Shown here one piece after another: positions 23,659 through 35,815 of a DNA stretch of 64,000 nt. Each line of letters begins with the position of its first letter. Positions within the stretch are counted from its first letter, which is position 1. The stretch is from NCBI GenBank assembly GCA_963727485.1, contig CAVSGM010000002.1, forward strand, positions 736,001 through 800,000, read 5' to 3'. The position numbers were made by a program, and so were the translations under genes. Below the pieces are notes generated by a model, which saw only the letters and a list, made by a program, of their open reading frames with translations, made no database searches and was not told where the DNA came from. The DNA is from an uncultured delta proteobacterium (GTDB lineage: Bacteria; Myxococcota; Myxococcia; SLRQ01).

Positions 23659-25140
23659 TCAGTCGAAGATGCTGAAGTGCACCTGGTCGGCGGCCTGCTT
23701 GTAGCGGGTCTTGATGTCGGCGATGGTCTTGCGGATCCGCTCGGTGTCGGGGTTGACGATCCGGGGGGTCACGAAGATGACCAGCTCGCTCTTGGAGTCC
23801 TGGAACTGACGGGACTTCCAGAGCTCGCCGATGATGGGGATGTTCCCCAGAAGCGGGAACTTGGAGACGGTCTTCTGCTCGTCGTGGTTGAACACGCCGG
23901 AGAGGACGATGGTCTCGCCGTGGCGCACCGTGACGTTGGTGGTCACGTTCCGGGTGCGGAAGCCGGGGATGCTGATGTTGCTCCCGATCTTCACCGACAC
24001 CGACTCGTCGACCTCGCTGACCTCGGCGAAGATCTGGACCTGGATGTTCCCGTGGCGGTCGGCGGTGGGCTTGATGTTGAGCTTGACGCCGTAGTCCTTG
24101 TACTGGACCGTCGCCTGGTTGGCGGTGATCATCGGGATGGGCACCTGGCCGCCGGCGAGGAACTTGGCGCTCTCTCCGGAGGCACAGACCAGCTTCGGCT
24201 GGGCCAGGAGCCGGCCGTAGCCGTCGTTGAGGGTCATCCCGAAGGCGAGGTCGGAGCCCGCGGTCCCCGAGAGGGTCCAGACCCCGGTCTTGGTGGCGGG
24301 GAACCCAGGGAGGTTCTGGTTGATGTTGACGCCACCGTTGAGGTTGCCGGTGATGTCGAAGGGCCAGGTGATGCCCACGTTGTCGAGGCCCTTCTTCCGG
24401 ATCTCGACGAACTGGACCTCGGTGAGGATCATCCGCTTGATGCCCACGGTGAGGAGGTTCTGGACCTTCTCGCCGAGGGCCTGGGTGATCAGCAGGGCCT
24501 TCTGCATGTCCTGCTTGGACTCGACCGACCCCTCGAGGAAGATGGTGGTCCCGACCACGTTGGCCTGGACGTCCTTGAGGCCCGCCTTCTGGAACTCCTG
24601 GTTCAGGGCGTTGGCCACCAGCTTCTTGGCGTTGGGGGCGACCCGGACGAAGCTCTTCACCTGGGGATAGAGCTTGGTGATGTCCTTGATCCGCTGGAAG
24701 TCGTCGGTGGTGTAGGCCTGCCCGTCGAGGAAGACCCGGTTGCCGACGATGCGGATGGTCACGCCCTCGATGTCCCCGAGGAGCTGCTTGACCTCTTTGA
24801 CCAGCTCCCGGACGTCCTGGGCGGTGACGTTGATGACGTAGGAGAGCCGGGTGCCGTTCGAGCGCCACACCAGCAGGGTCGTGCGGCCCGGGGTGGCGCC
24901 GGTGATGAGCACCTGGCTCTGGGACGGCAGGGTCGTCACCTGGGCGATGTCGCTGCCGATGGAGACCCGGGTCACGCCCCGGACGGTGAGCACCCGCTGC
25001 TGACCGACGACCAGGGTGATGACGCCGCCGGATTGGGCCGACGCCAGGGGATTGACCGCAAGGCCAACGGCTACCACCAGGATTGCGGTCCAACGGAGGA
25101 TACGGGGGCTGTCCATGGGCTGTCTCCCGGCGCGGATCAC
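23659..25140 (-). CDS. cpaC: Tad-type secretin CpaC/RcpA with N-terminal pilus-formation and BON-like domains (KilC-like)
   Basis: Signal peptide; PGRTTLLVW; LAQPKLVCASGESAKFLAGGQVPIP; PLLGNIPIIGELWKS; ELVIFVTP. Start may be the second Met (MDSPR). Confidence 0.9.
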   Translation of the reverse strand: MIRAGRQPMDSPRILRWTAILVVAVGLAVNPLASAQSGGVITLVVGQQRVLTVRGVTRVSIGSDIAQVTTLPSQSQVLITGATPGRTTLLVWRSNGTRLSYVINVTAQDVRELVKEVKQLLGDIEGVTIRIVGNRVFLDGQAYTTDDFQRIKDITKLYPQVKSFVRVAPNAKKLVANALNQEFQKAGLKDVQANVVGTTIFLEGSVESKQDMQKALLITQALGEKVQNLLTVGIKRMILTEVQFVEIRKKGLDNVGITWPFDITGNLNGGVNINQNLPGFPATKTGVWTLSGTAGSDLAFGMTLNDGYGRLLAQPKLVCASGESAKFLAGGQVPIPMITANQATVQYKDYGVKLNIKPTADRHGNIQVQIFAEVSEVDESVSVKIGSNISIPGFRTRNVTTNVTVRHGETIVLSGVFNHDEQKTVSKFPLLGNIPIIGELWKSRQFQDSKSELVIFVTPRIVNPDTERIRKTIADIKTRYKQAADQVHFSIFD

Positions 25141-25188
25141 GATTGTGCCATTCCTACCACGTCGGCGGTATCGGTGCAGTCTCAGATT

Positions 25189-25734
25189 TCAGCGGAGCGT
25201 GACCAGGAACGCCCAGAGGGTCCCGAAGGCGATGGCCACGCCATAGGGCACGTAGATCGAAGCGCTCTGGTCGTTGGCGTCGGCGCGCTGGTCGCCGTCG
25301 TCCTCGTCCCGGGGTCGGCGCCGGAGCATGCCGGTGACGGTCCGCAGCAGGCGGCCCTTCCACAAGAGCGCCCCCAGGGCCACCGCCCCCCCCACCAGGG
25401 CCACGTAGAGCAGGTCCTGGACCACGAAGGGGAAGCCCATCAGGGCCCCGACCGCCGCCATGAGCTTCACGTCGCCCATGCCGAAGGCGCTGCTGTTGAT
25501 GGCGTTGATCACCAGGAACGGCAGGCCCCCGACCACCAGGCCGACGAGGCTCCACTCCAGCCCCCGCCCCAGGCTCGTGGACCAGCCGTAGGCGATCCCG
25601 TGGATCACCGGCCCGGCGAGGAGCGCCGGGTAGGTGATGACGTTGAGGATCTTCCGGTGGAGCAGATCGGTGACCAGGGAGACGGCGACCGCCACCCCGG
25701 TCAGGGACACCAGGATGATCTCCGCGGTCCCCAC
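25189..25734 (-). CDS. cpaA: A24 prepilin peptidase CpaA/TadV (KilA-like)
   Basis: TDLLHRKILN, GMGDVKLMAAVGA, VPYGVAIAFG. Confidence 0.9.
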   Translation of the reverse strand: MGTAEIILVSLTGVAVAVSLVTDLLHRKILNVITYPALLAGPVIHGIAYGWSTSLGRGLEWSLVGLVVGGLPFLVINAINSSAFGMGDVKLMAAVGALMGFPFVVQDLLYVALVGGAVALGALLWKGRLLRTVTGMLRRRPRDEDDGDQRADANDQSASIYVPYGVAIAFGTLWAFLVTLR

Positions 25735-25783
25735 GCCGTCCCCTTCCCCGCCCGTGCCAGACCCGCCCTTCAGGCGGATCGGA

Positions 25784-26547
25784 TCATCGGATGACGCACT
25801 TCACCTTTTCGGAGCAGATGAAGTACTCGTCGCCGTCCTCGACCTTGCGGCGCTTGATCCGCTTCTTGTTGAACCAGGTGCCGTTGGACGACCCCAGGTC
25901 CTCGACGAAGTAGTCGTCGCCGTCCTTGACGATGACCGCGTGCTCGCGGCTCACCTTCCCCGACTGGATGATGAAGTCGCAGTGCTTGCCGCGGCCGATG
26001 AGGAAGCGATCGGTGTCGACCTTGTCGAGCTCGCCGTCCTCGCCCATGACGTAGAGGCTCTTCTTGGCGGCCTCGCCCATGAGCTCGTCGACAATCTCGT
26101 CGTCGTCGATGTCGTCGTCGAAGTCGGCGTCATCGGCGATCTCGTCGTCGATGAGGTCCTCGGCGGGGGGCGGCGGGGGCGCGCCCTTGCCCTTGATCTG
26201 CCGCTCGAGCTCGGCGGCGGTCTCGAGGACCCGCTCCTCGACCGCCCGGCGCCGGGCCACCGTGTCCCGGTGGGGCGGCTCCGCGGGCTCGGCGTCGGCC
26301 TCGGGCTCGGGCTCGGGATCCGGCGGCGGTGCCGGGGCCATGACCGGCGGGGCCGGCCGGGCCGCCCCATCGGCGGCGGCGGCGCCCCCCCGGGGGTGAG
26401 GAACCCGTTGAGACGGGCGAACATGAACATGGCCTGGTTGATGAGGCCTTCGCGATCGGCCCCCATCTCCTGGGCCATCTCCTCGAAGGCTTCCCACAGG
26501 TGGTCGGCGATGGCGACCTTCCGCGGCGCTCGGCTCTTCTCGATCAT
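25784..26547 (-). CDS. N-terminal ribbon-helix-helix-like domain + acidic/Pro linker + C-terminal FHA; frameshift near 26330-26395
   Basis: N-terminus RKVAIADHLWEAFEEMAQEMGADREGLINQAMFMFA in one frame; FHA IGRGKHC..VSREHA..DLGSSNGT in ORF 25784..26497; G7 tract at 26385-26391. Confidence 0.75.
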
Positions 26548-26594
26548 CCGGGAGACCATATCAGAGCCCCTGGCTGGCGACCAAGGGGGTCGGA

Positions 26595-28410
26595 CTACTC
26601 GTACTTCTCCTCGTAGAACGCGTCGAGGAGGGCGGCATGGCGCTTCTCCACCACCCGGCGCTTGACCTTGAGGGTCGGGGTCAGGGACCCGTCCTCCTGG
26701 GTGAAGTCGGCGTCGAGGATGGCGAAGCGCTTGATGGTTTCGTAGGACGGCAGGCCCTCGTTGAGGGCGTCGACCGCGGTCTGGAGCGCGTGGCGGACCG
26801 CCGGGGCCTTCGTCTGCGCGGCGAAGTCGCCCTGAAGGCCGTGCTCGGCGGCGAAGGCGGCGAGGCTCTCGGCGTCGAGGGTGATGAGGGCGGTGAGGAA
26901 CTTGCGCTTGTCCCCGTGGACCACCACCTGGCTGATGAGGGGGTGGGTCTTGAGCTGGTTCTCGAGGTTCTGGGGGGCGACGTTCTTCCCGCCGGCGGTG
27001 ACGATGATGTCCTTCTTGCGGTCGGTGATCCGCACGTAGCCGTCGTCGTCGATCTCGCCGATGTCCCCGGAGTGGAACCAGCGGTCGGGGTCGATGGCCT
27101 CGGCGGTGGCCTCGGGGAGGTGGTAGTAGCCCTGCATCACCCCGCCGCCGCGGATGAGGATCTCGCCGTCGTCGGCGATGCGCAGCTCGATGCCGGGCAT
27201 CGGCGCGCCCACGGTGCCGAATCTTGATCTTGTCCGGGCGGTTGACGGTGGTGGCCGCCGAGGTCTCGGTGAGGCCGTAGCCCTCGAGGATGCGGATGCC
27301 CGCGAGGTCGAAGAAGTAGGCGATCTTGGGCGAGAGGGGCGCCCCGCCGGAGATGAAGAACTTCATCCGGCCGCCGAAGGTCTCCGAGAGCTTCTCGGCG
27401 ACCTTGCTGAACACCAGGCGGTTGGCCAGCGAGAAGCCGACGCCCCCGTACTCGCGGCCGGCCCGCTTCGCCTCCACGTAGCGGTCGAAGTGGTCCATGG
27501 CCCAGCGGAAGAGCCGGCCCTTGACCCCCGGGGACTCGAGGCCCGCGGCCACCACCTTGGTGAAGACCTTCTCGAAGATCCGGGGCACCGACGCCATGAC
27601 CGTGGGCCGGACCTCGCCGAGGTTCTCGATGAGCTTGTCGATGCTCTCGGCAAACGCCATGGGGTGGCCCAGGCGGTACCAGGCGGCCTTGAGCACCTGG
27701 GCGAAGCTGTGGGCGAGCGGGAGGAAGATCAGCTCCTCGTCGTCGGCCTCGACCAGGGCGATCTGGGCGGTGGCGTTGGCCTCGAAGGCCCAGTTCCCGT
27801 GGGTGAGCACCACGCCCTTGGGGGGCCCGGTGGTCCCGGAGGTGTAGATGAAGCACGCCGGGTCGTCGGGGGAGATCCCGGCGATGCGGTCGCCGAGGAC
27901 CTTGGGGTCGGCGGCCAGCTCCTCGCCGGCGGCCTCGAGGGCGGGCACGTCGGTGACCCAGTCGCCGGCGCCCTGCCCCGTCATCCGGATGACCTTGCGG
28001 ATCGCCGGGAGCTGGCCGCGCACCTCCTGGAACTTGGCGAGCTGGACGTCGTCCTCGACGAAGGCCATCACCGAGCCCGAGTCGTCGGCGACGTAGCGCA
28101 CCTCTTCCGGGGTGTTGGACTGGTAGATGGGCACGGCCACGGCGCCGGCCATCTGGATGGCGAGCTCGGCGACGACCCACTCCACCCGGGTGTTGCCCAA
28201 AAGCGCCACCTTCTCCTTGGGCTCGAGGCCCAGGGCCACCAGGCCGTGGGCCTGGCGCCTCGCCCGGTCCCGCATCTCGGCCCAGGTGAGGGTGCGCCAG
28301 ACGCCGCCCTCCTTGTACCGGGCGGCGGTGGCGTCCGGGGTTCGGGCGACGGTCTGCTCGAAGATCTCGACCAGGTGGGCGCCGCCCTCAGGCGCCGGGC
28401 GCGAGGTCAC
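26595..28410 (-). CDS. fadD: Long-chain fatty acid-CoA ligase; frameshift near 27220
   Basis: YTSGTTGPPKG, EGYGLTET, GTVG (restored by removing one T), SGDIG..ITDRKKD, LTPTLKVKR; GTGA overlap with the upstream gene. Confidence 0.88.
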
Positions 28411-29283
28411 TTCCACTTGGCCATGCGCTCCTGGCACCACTGGTGGTCGCGCTCGATGCTCCGGCGCGTCCCCGACCTTCTTGGGGTCGATGGCCAGGCA
28501 CTTCTTCAGGGCGTCGGCCACCTTGGCGTCCTCGCCCTCCTTGTGCCACACGTCGGCGAGGTAGACGTAGGCGCGGGTCGAGTTGGGGCAGACCTTCAGG
28601 GCCCGATCCAGCCAGGACACGGCCTTCTTGGCGTCGTACTTGGGCCAGGGCAGCTCGTAGTAGAGGCGCCCCTTGGCCACCAGCGGCCCGGCGCAGCTAT
28701 AGCCCTTGTCGAGCTTGATGGCCTTGTCGAGGCGCTCGTTGAACTTGCCCTCCATGCCCCGGGCGAGCGCCGTGAGGATCCCCATCCCCTGGCTCCAGGC
28801 CCCGGCGCCGACGGCGGCGTAGTACTGGCCCTCGACCTTGTTCGGGTCGGACGACCGGGCGTAGTCCCCGTACTGCATGCCCTTCTTGCCCCACGACGCC
28901 TTGATGTCGGTGGTGGGCGCCCCGTCGGCCTTCCAGAAGTAGGCCCGGGACAGGCGCCAGAGGAGCCCGTACTCGCCGGGGTGCTTCTCGCAGGCCCCCT
29001 CGAGCAGGGTGATGCTCTGGTCGATCTTGGGGTCCTTGTAGCTCGGCGAGCGGGTCTTCCAGAGGGCGTCGGCCTGGTGCTCGATGGCCTCGACGTCGGA
29101 CATCTTCGGGGCCTGCTTGGCGGGCGCGGCCTCGGCGGCGGGCGCGGCCTGGGCGGCGTCCTTGGCGGGCGCGGCCTTGGCAGCGGCGTTGTCGGTCTTG
29201 GCCTGCGCGTCGTCCGCGCGGGCCGGGCCCTGGACGGCCATGGCCGCCCCCAGCATCATCGCAAGGATGTACCCCGGCTTCAT
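28407..29283 (-). CDS. Secreted TPR protein; frameshift near 28455
   Basis: Signal peptide ending PARA, Ala/Pro linker, helical repeats (LLWRLSRAYFW, GRLYYELPWP); alternate frame ends WCQERMAKWK* overlapping the fadD start. Confidence 0.72.
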
Positions 29284-29345
29284 GGGACAGTCCCTACCAC
29301 CGGGCGGGGACGTCGGCAATAGCCGGGCGGGGGGCGAGACCGACC

Positions 29346-30741
29346 CTAGTTGCAGGGCTGGTCGGCGGTGCAGGCCTGCTCCACGAAGGACACCTTGTAG
29401 GAGTCCCCGGGCTCGAGCTTGCAGCTCGACTTGGGCTGGTTGCACAGCTGGATCGCCGGGGGCGGGCCCGGGTCGTAGGCCCAGTCGACCCCGTCGGCGC
29501 AGGTCTGGCCGGCCTTGGGCGCCTTGCACACCACCTGGGTCCCGTCGGCCCGGGTGATCTCCCAGGAGCACCAGGGACGGGTCGTTGTTGTGGGGCGTGG
29601 CGTCGAGGACGATCCGGTCGGGGATGGCCAGGGTGACGATCTTCTCCAGGGTCTTGGAGTAGTCGTCCTGGCAGATGGAGTCGGCGAGGGAGCCGGGGAC
29701 GCCGGAGGCCGCCGCGAGGTAGCGGCTCCCGCCGGTGGTGCCGCCGCAGTAGCAGGGGTAGGTGTGGGCGTTCGAAGGGACGCAGCGCGTCGATGCAGCC
29801 GCTGGTTCGACGGGGTCGCAGTAGCAGGGGAACTTGGTGGGATCGCCGGTGCCGCACGCGGCGTCGCAGGCAGGATCGTCGCACCTGGCGGAGACGACCG
29901 TTCCGTCGGCCTGCCGGTTGGCGCTGACGATCACCGCGAGCTTCACCGAGGGGTCCACGCCCTGGAAGAAGTCGGTGTAGCCGCTCACGGGCCCGAGCTT
30001 GCCGCCGTTGGGCTTGGCCGCCTCGGCGACGCACTCGTCGTCGGGGGTGGCGCCCACGTAGACGTCGTTGTTGGGGTCGGAGCAGTCCTGCTCGTCACTG
30101 ATGATGGCGATGACCAGCGTGCTGTCCTTCTGGACGAAGTCCGGCTGCTTCTGGAGGGCGAGCTTGGCGGCGAGGAGACCCTGCTCCTGGCCCGAGCCGC
30201 AGTCGCCGAACTGGACGTTCTGCTCGAACTGGGTGGCGATGTCGGCGTCGGACATGGTCGCCGAGTCGAGGACCTTCTGGTTGCCGGGGACAGCCATGAA
30301 GTCGCCGGCCGGGTAGGGCTGCCCACTGAGGTTGTACATCGAGTGGCAGTCGTAGCCGGTGAGGTCGGGGTAGCTGGTCGTGTGGTGGACCGAGCCGTCC
30401 TGGTACACCGCGTTCTGCGTCACCGACGTATTGGTCGTCGCCAGCCGGTAGTGGATGGGCTTCTGCCCGTTGGCCACCCGCTTCTGGTTCTCCGCCACGA
30501 TGGCGTTGATGAACGCCCCGAAGTTGTTCGCCAGGTTCTGCTGCTCGCCGGCCATGGACCCCGAGTCGTCGACCACGAAGAGGAACTCGGCGTTGGTCAC
30601 GTCCTTGATCTGGTAGGTCCGGTTGGACACCACGATGATCGCCGGGGACACCGGCTCGAAGACGTAGGACTGGCAGCCGCCGGTGACGACGACGAGGAGG
30701 CCTGCCAGCAGGAGCCGGGAAATGCGAGGGGGGCGGCGCAT
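29346..30741 (-). CDS. Cys-rich VWA-domain lipoprotein, CglB-like gliding adhesin; frameshift near 29562
   Basis: Lipobox TGGC then QSYVFEPV (recalls the CglB N-terminus); MIDAS-like VDDSGSM; ISDEQD; many Cys; C-terminus in ORF 29346..29534. Confidence 0.65.
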
Positions 30742-30825
30742 GGTTCTCTCCGGAGAGTAGACGGCGGGACTATATCACCGGGAGAGCCAGAGGGTGCACC
30801 CGGGCCTCGCCCGGGATCACCCGCC

Positions 30826-30854
30826 TTGCGAGCCGGGCCCTCCGTTGCTAGGAA
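30826..30854 (+). promoter_or_regulatory. Putative sigma70 promoter for lon
   Basis: TTGCGA-17nt-TAGGAA with extended TG. Confidence 0.35.
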
Positions 30855-30957
30855 CCCAAGCGAGAGGGGTGTGATCCAAGGGGGTTGCACCCGACCTCGG
30901 GGGGGTAGCCAAACCCCGGCCCGTGGTTAGTTTAAATGGCCGAGGAGACCTGACATC

Positions 30958-33416
<2,459 letters not shown>

Positions 33417-33444
<28 letters not shown>

Positions 33445-34124
33445 CGGCGGCGGCGCACCCATAGCGCCACCAGGAGGCCCACCAGGCCTCCAGCCAGGGC
33501 CCGTTCGAGGCCCGGCGAGATTGGGCGGTCGCCTACGCGGCCGCCCGATTCGCGTCCGGGGTCGAAGGAGGCCAGCGCCGCGTCCACCGCCCGGTACCGG
33601 GCCTTGGGGGCCCCCGCGGGCAGGAGCCAGGTGAGGACGAAGTGGTGGTCCCCGGCGGGGACCAGGGCCACCAGCACCGACCAGCGCCTGCCCCCGCGGG
33701 TCACCGCGCCCTCGAGGCGCAGCGTCGGGCGCCCGGCCACCTTCACCACCTCGGCCCAGAGCACCCGGTAGTCGACGCCCCAGAGGCGCCGGAGGGTGTC
33801 CGGGGCGTGGACCGCCAGGGTGTCCTTGGTGTCGTCGGTCACCTCGAGGCGCCCGGGGACCCGGGCCACGAAGAGGCTCCCCTGCCCCGCCGGGCCCACC
33901 GCCGAGAGGAGGATCCGCCCCGGGGCGCCGCCGGCCGCCGTCCCCGGGAGGCTGGCCACGCCGGTGGGGCCCGGGACCGGGTCGGCGAGGGGCCGCCACC
34001 CGGCCGGGAGGGTCAGGTGGGCGCCGCCGAGGTCCACCCGGCGCCCCCCGGTCCCGGCCCGGGCCGGAACCGGCGCCAGGGCGACGAGCACGGGGAGCAG
34101 GGCCGCGGCGAGGGTCGGGGACAT
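33417..34124 (-). CDS. Hypothetical exported protein with C-terminal TM anchor and basic tail
   Basis: Signal peptide ending PARA; C-terminus LAGGLVGLLVALWVRRRRHR. Confidence 0.6.
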
Positions 34125-34379
34125 CGGGGCCATCCTAGCCCGGGGTTGCGCCGGGCGGCAGGGCCCCGGAACTGGGGTTCCACCCCTCATGTCGTTTTTT
34201 CCATGCAGGCTGTAAGATTCGGACTATGCTGGACGAGACCTAGTGGCGGGGTCCCTTGACCTGAAGCCTAGGTAGTGGACCCGATGGGCCGTCATCTTTC
34301 AATAAGTTAGCAACGTTCCCACTCTCCACGCTGTCCGATCGCAAACACCACCGCCCGGCGTGAAGCCAAGGGGGCTCTC

Positions 34380-35033
34380 GTGGCAGAAAAGCTCAAGTTC
34401 ATCCTCGCCGACTCCCACCCGATCCTCCGACTCGGCGTGAAGGAGGTCCTCTCCTCCGCCGGCCACCAGGTCGTCGCCGAGGTGGACGACGGCAACGCCG
34501 CGGTGGACGCGGCAGTCAAGCACAGCCCCGACATCGTCCTGATGGAGGTCACCCTCGACAAGATGGACGGCATCGAGGCGGCCCGGAAGATCCGGAGCCG
34601 CGCCAAGGAGTCGGTCCAGGTCGTGATCTTCTCCTCCTTCGGGAGCGAGGAGTACGTCCTCCGGGGCCTGGCCGCCGGCGCCCGGGGCTACATCGTCAAG
34701 ACCACCGAGCCCCGGGACTTCCTCGAGGCCATCCGCCGGGTCCGCCACGGGGACGTCTACCTCTCGCCGGACGTGGCCAGCCCGGTGGTGCTCCGCAACC
34801 TCCGCCACGGGCGCATGGAGGATCCCCTCGCGGTCCTCACCGCCCGGGAGCGCCAGGTCCTGCGCCTCGTCGCCGAGGGCCTGACCAACAAGGAGGTCGC
34901 CGCGAGCCTGGGGGTGGCGGTGAAGACCGTCGAGGCGCACCGCGCCAACCTCATGCGCAAGCTCGACCTCCACGACCTCTCGGCCCTCATCCGCTTCGCC
35001 CTCCGGGTGGGGCTCCTGGCCCCCGGGCGCTAG
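34380..35033 (+). CDS. NarL/FixJ-family response regulator with atypical receiver
   Basis: REC fold with ADSH and IVLME; LuxR HTH LTARERQVLRLVAEGLTNKEVA..KTVEAHRANLMRKL. Confidence 0.9.
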   Translation: MAEKLKFILADSHPILRLGVKEVLSSAGHQVVAEVDDGNAAVDAAVKHSPDIVLMEVTLDKMDGIEAARKIRSRAKESVQVVIFSSFGSEEYVLRGLAAGARGYIVKTTEPRDFLEAIRRVRHGDVYLSPDVASPVVLRNLRHGRMEDPLAVLTARERQVLRLVAEGLTNKEVAASLGVAVKTVEAHRANLMRKLDLHDLSALIRFALRVGLLAPGR

Positions 35034-35095
35034 CCGCCCCGCCCCGCCGCAGGGGGCTTTACTGCGGCGGGTTCCCGGGTCAGGATCGGCGCCCC

Positions 35096-35701
35096 ATGGA
35101 CGCCACGCCCGAGATTGAAGCCCGTCGCCAGGAAGCCGAGCGCGAGGTGCGCCGGGGGAACTTCCAGGCCGCGATCACCCTCTACGAGGGGCTCGTGGCC
35201 GAGGTCCCCGACGACGAGCGGCTGGTGGTGCGCCTCGACACCCTGCGCACCCTGCTCCAGCCCCTGGAGCTGACCCACCCCAAGGCCGCCGCCGGGGCCC
35301 GGGCCGCGTCGGCGGAGAACGACGCCCAGGCCGGGGAGGCGGCGGCCAACGCCGGGGACCTGCGCACGGCGGTGGCCGCCTACGAGCGGGCCTGCGCCAC
35401 GGCCCCGGGCAACGCCCTCCTCGCCGAGCGCCTCGAGGAGCTGCGAGCCATGGCCGTGGCCCGGGGGATCGCCGTGGACGCGGCGCCGGCACCGGCGAGC
35501 CCGGCGCCCACCGCCCCGGCCCCCACGACCGCGCCCAGGCCGGCCCCCACGACCGCGGCCCCGCCGGCGCCCGCGACCGCGGCCCCCGCCGAGGCCCCCC
35601 TCCCGGCCGATCCGGTCGCGCGCCTCGAGGCCCTCCTCGAGCGGGTCCAGCGCCGCCGCCGCCGCCGCGTCGACGCCGCCGTCGCGGCCCTGGGCGCGTG
35701 A
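35096..35701 (+). CDS. Hypothetical TPR-like protein with Pro/Ala/Thr repeat linker
   Basis: Two TPR-like helical pairs (GNFQAAITLYE, GDLRTAVAAYE); APTTA repeats. Confidence 0.65.
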   Translation: MDATPEIEARRQEAEREVRRGNFQAAITLYEGLVAEVPDDERLVVRLDTLRTLLQPLELTHPKAAAGARAASAENDAQAGEAAANAGDLRTAVAAYERACATAPGNALLAERLEELRAMAVARGIAVDAAPAPASPAPTAPAPTTAPRPAPTTAAPPAPATAAPAEAPLPADPVARLEALLERVQRRRRRRVDAAVAALGA

Positions 35702-35711
35702 CAGGCGACAC

Positions 35712-35764
35712 TTGTTCGCGACCCGGACGCCCGATAGACTCGGCGCTGCCTGACATCACTGTCA
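35712..35764 (+). promoter_or_regulatory. Putative sigma70 promoter of the pfkA run with downstream palindromic operator
   Basis: TTGTTC-17nt-TAGACT (35712-35740); TGACA-TCAC-TGTCA at 35751-35764. Confidence 0.55.
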
Positions 35765-35815
35765 TGCCTACCCAGCTTCGGGGAGGCAGGGACTTCAGGG
35801 TCGGTAGGGCAAGAC

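Noticed and set aside
25951..30741. 1596-aa ORF suggesting a VWA-TPR-acyl-CoA ligase fusion
   Set aside because: Chimera of four genes joined by frameshifts; it contains an internal signal peptide, off-frame Arg/Pro/Gly junk between domains, and a GTGA stop/start overlap at 28407-28410
34135..34379. Lower-GC intergenic region as riboswitch or ncRNA
   Set aside because: No recognisable riboswitch or tRNA consensus; best explained as a divergent promoter region (an Rfam search was not possible)
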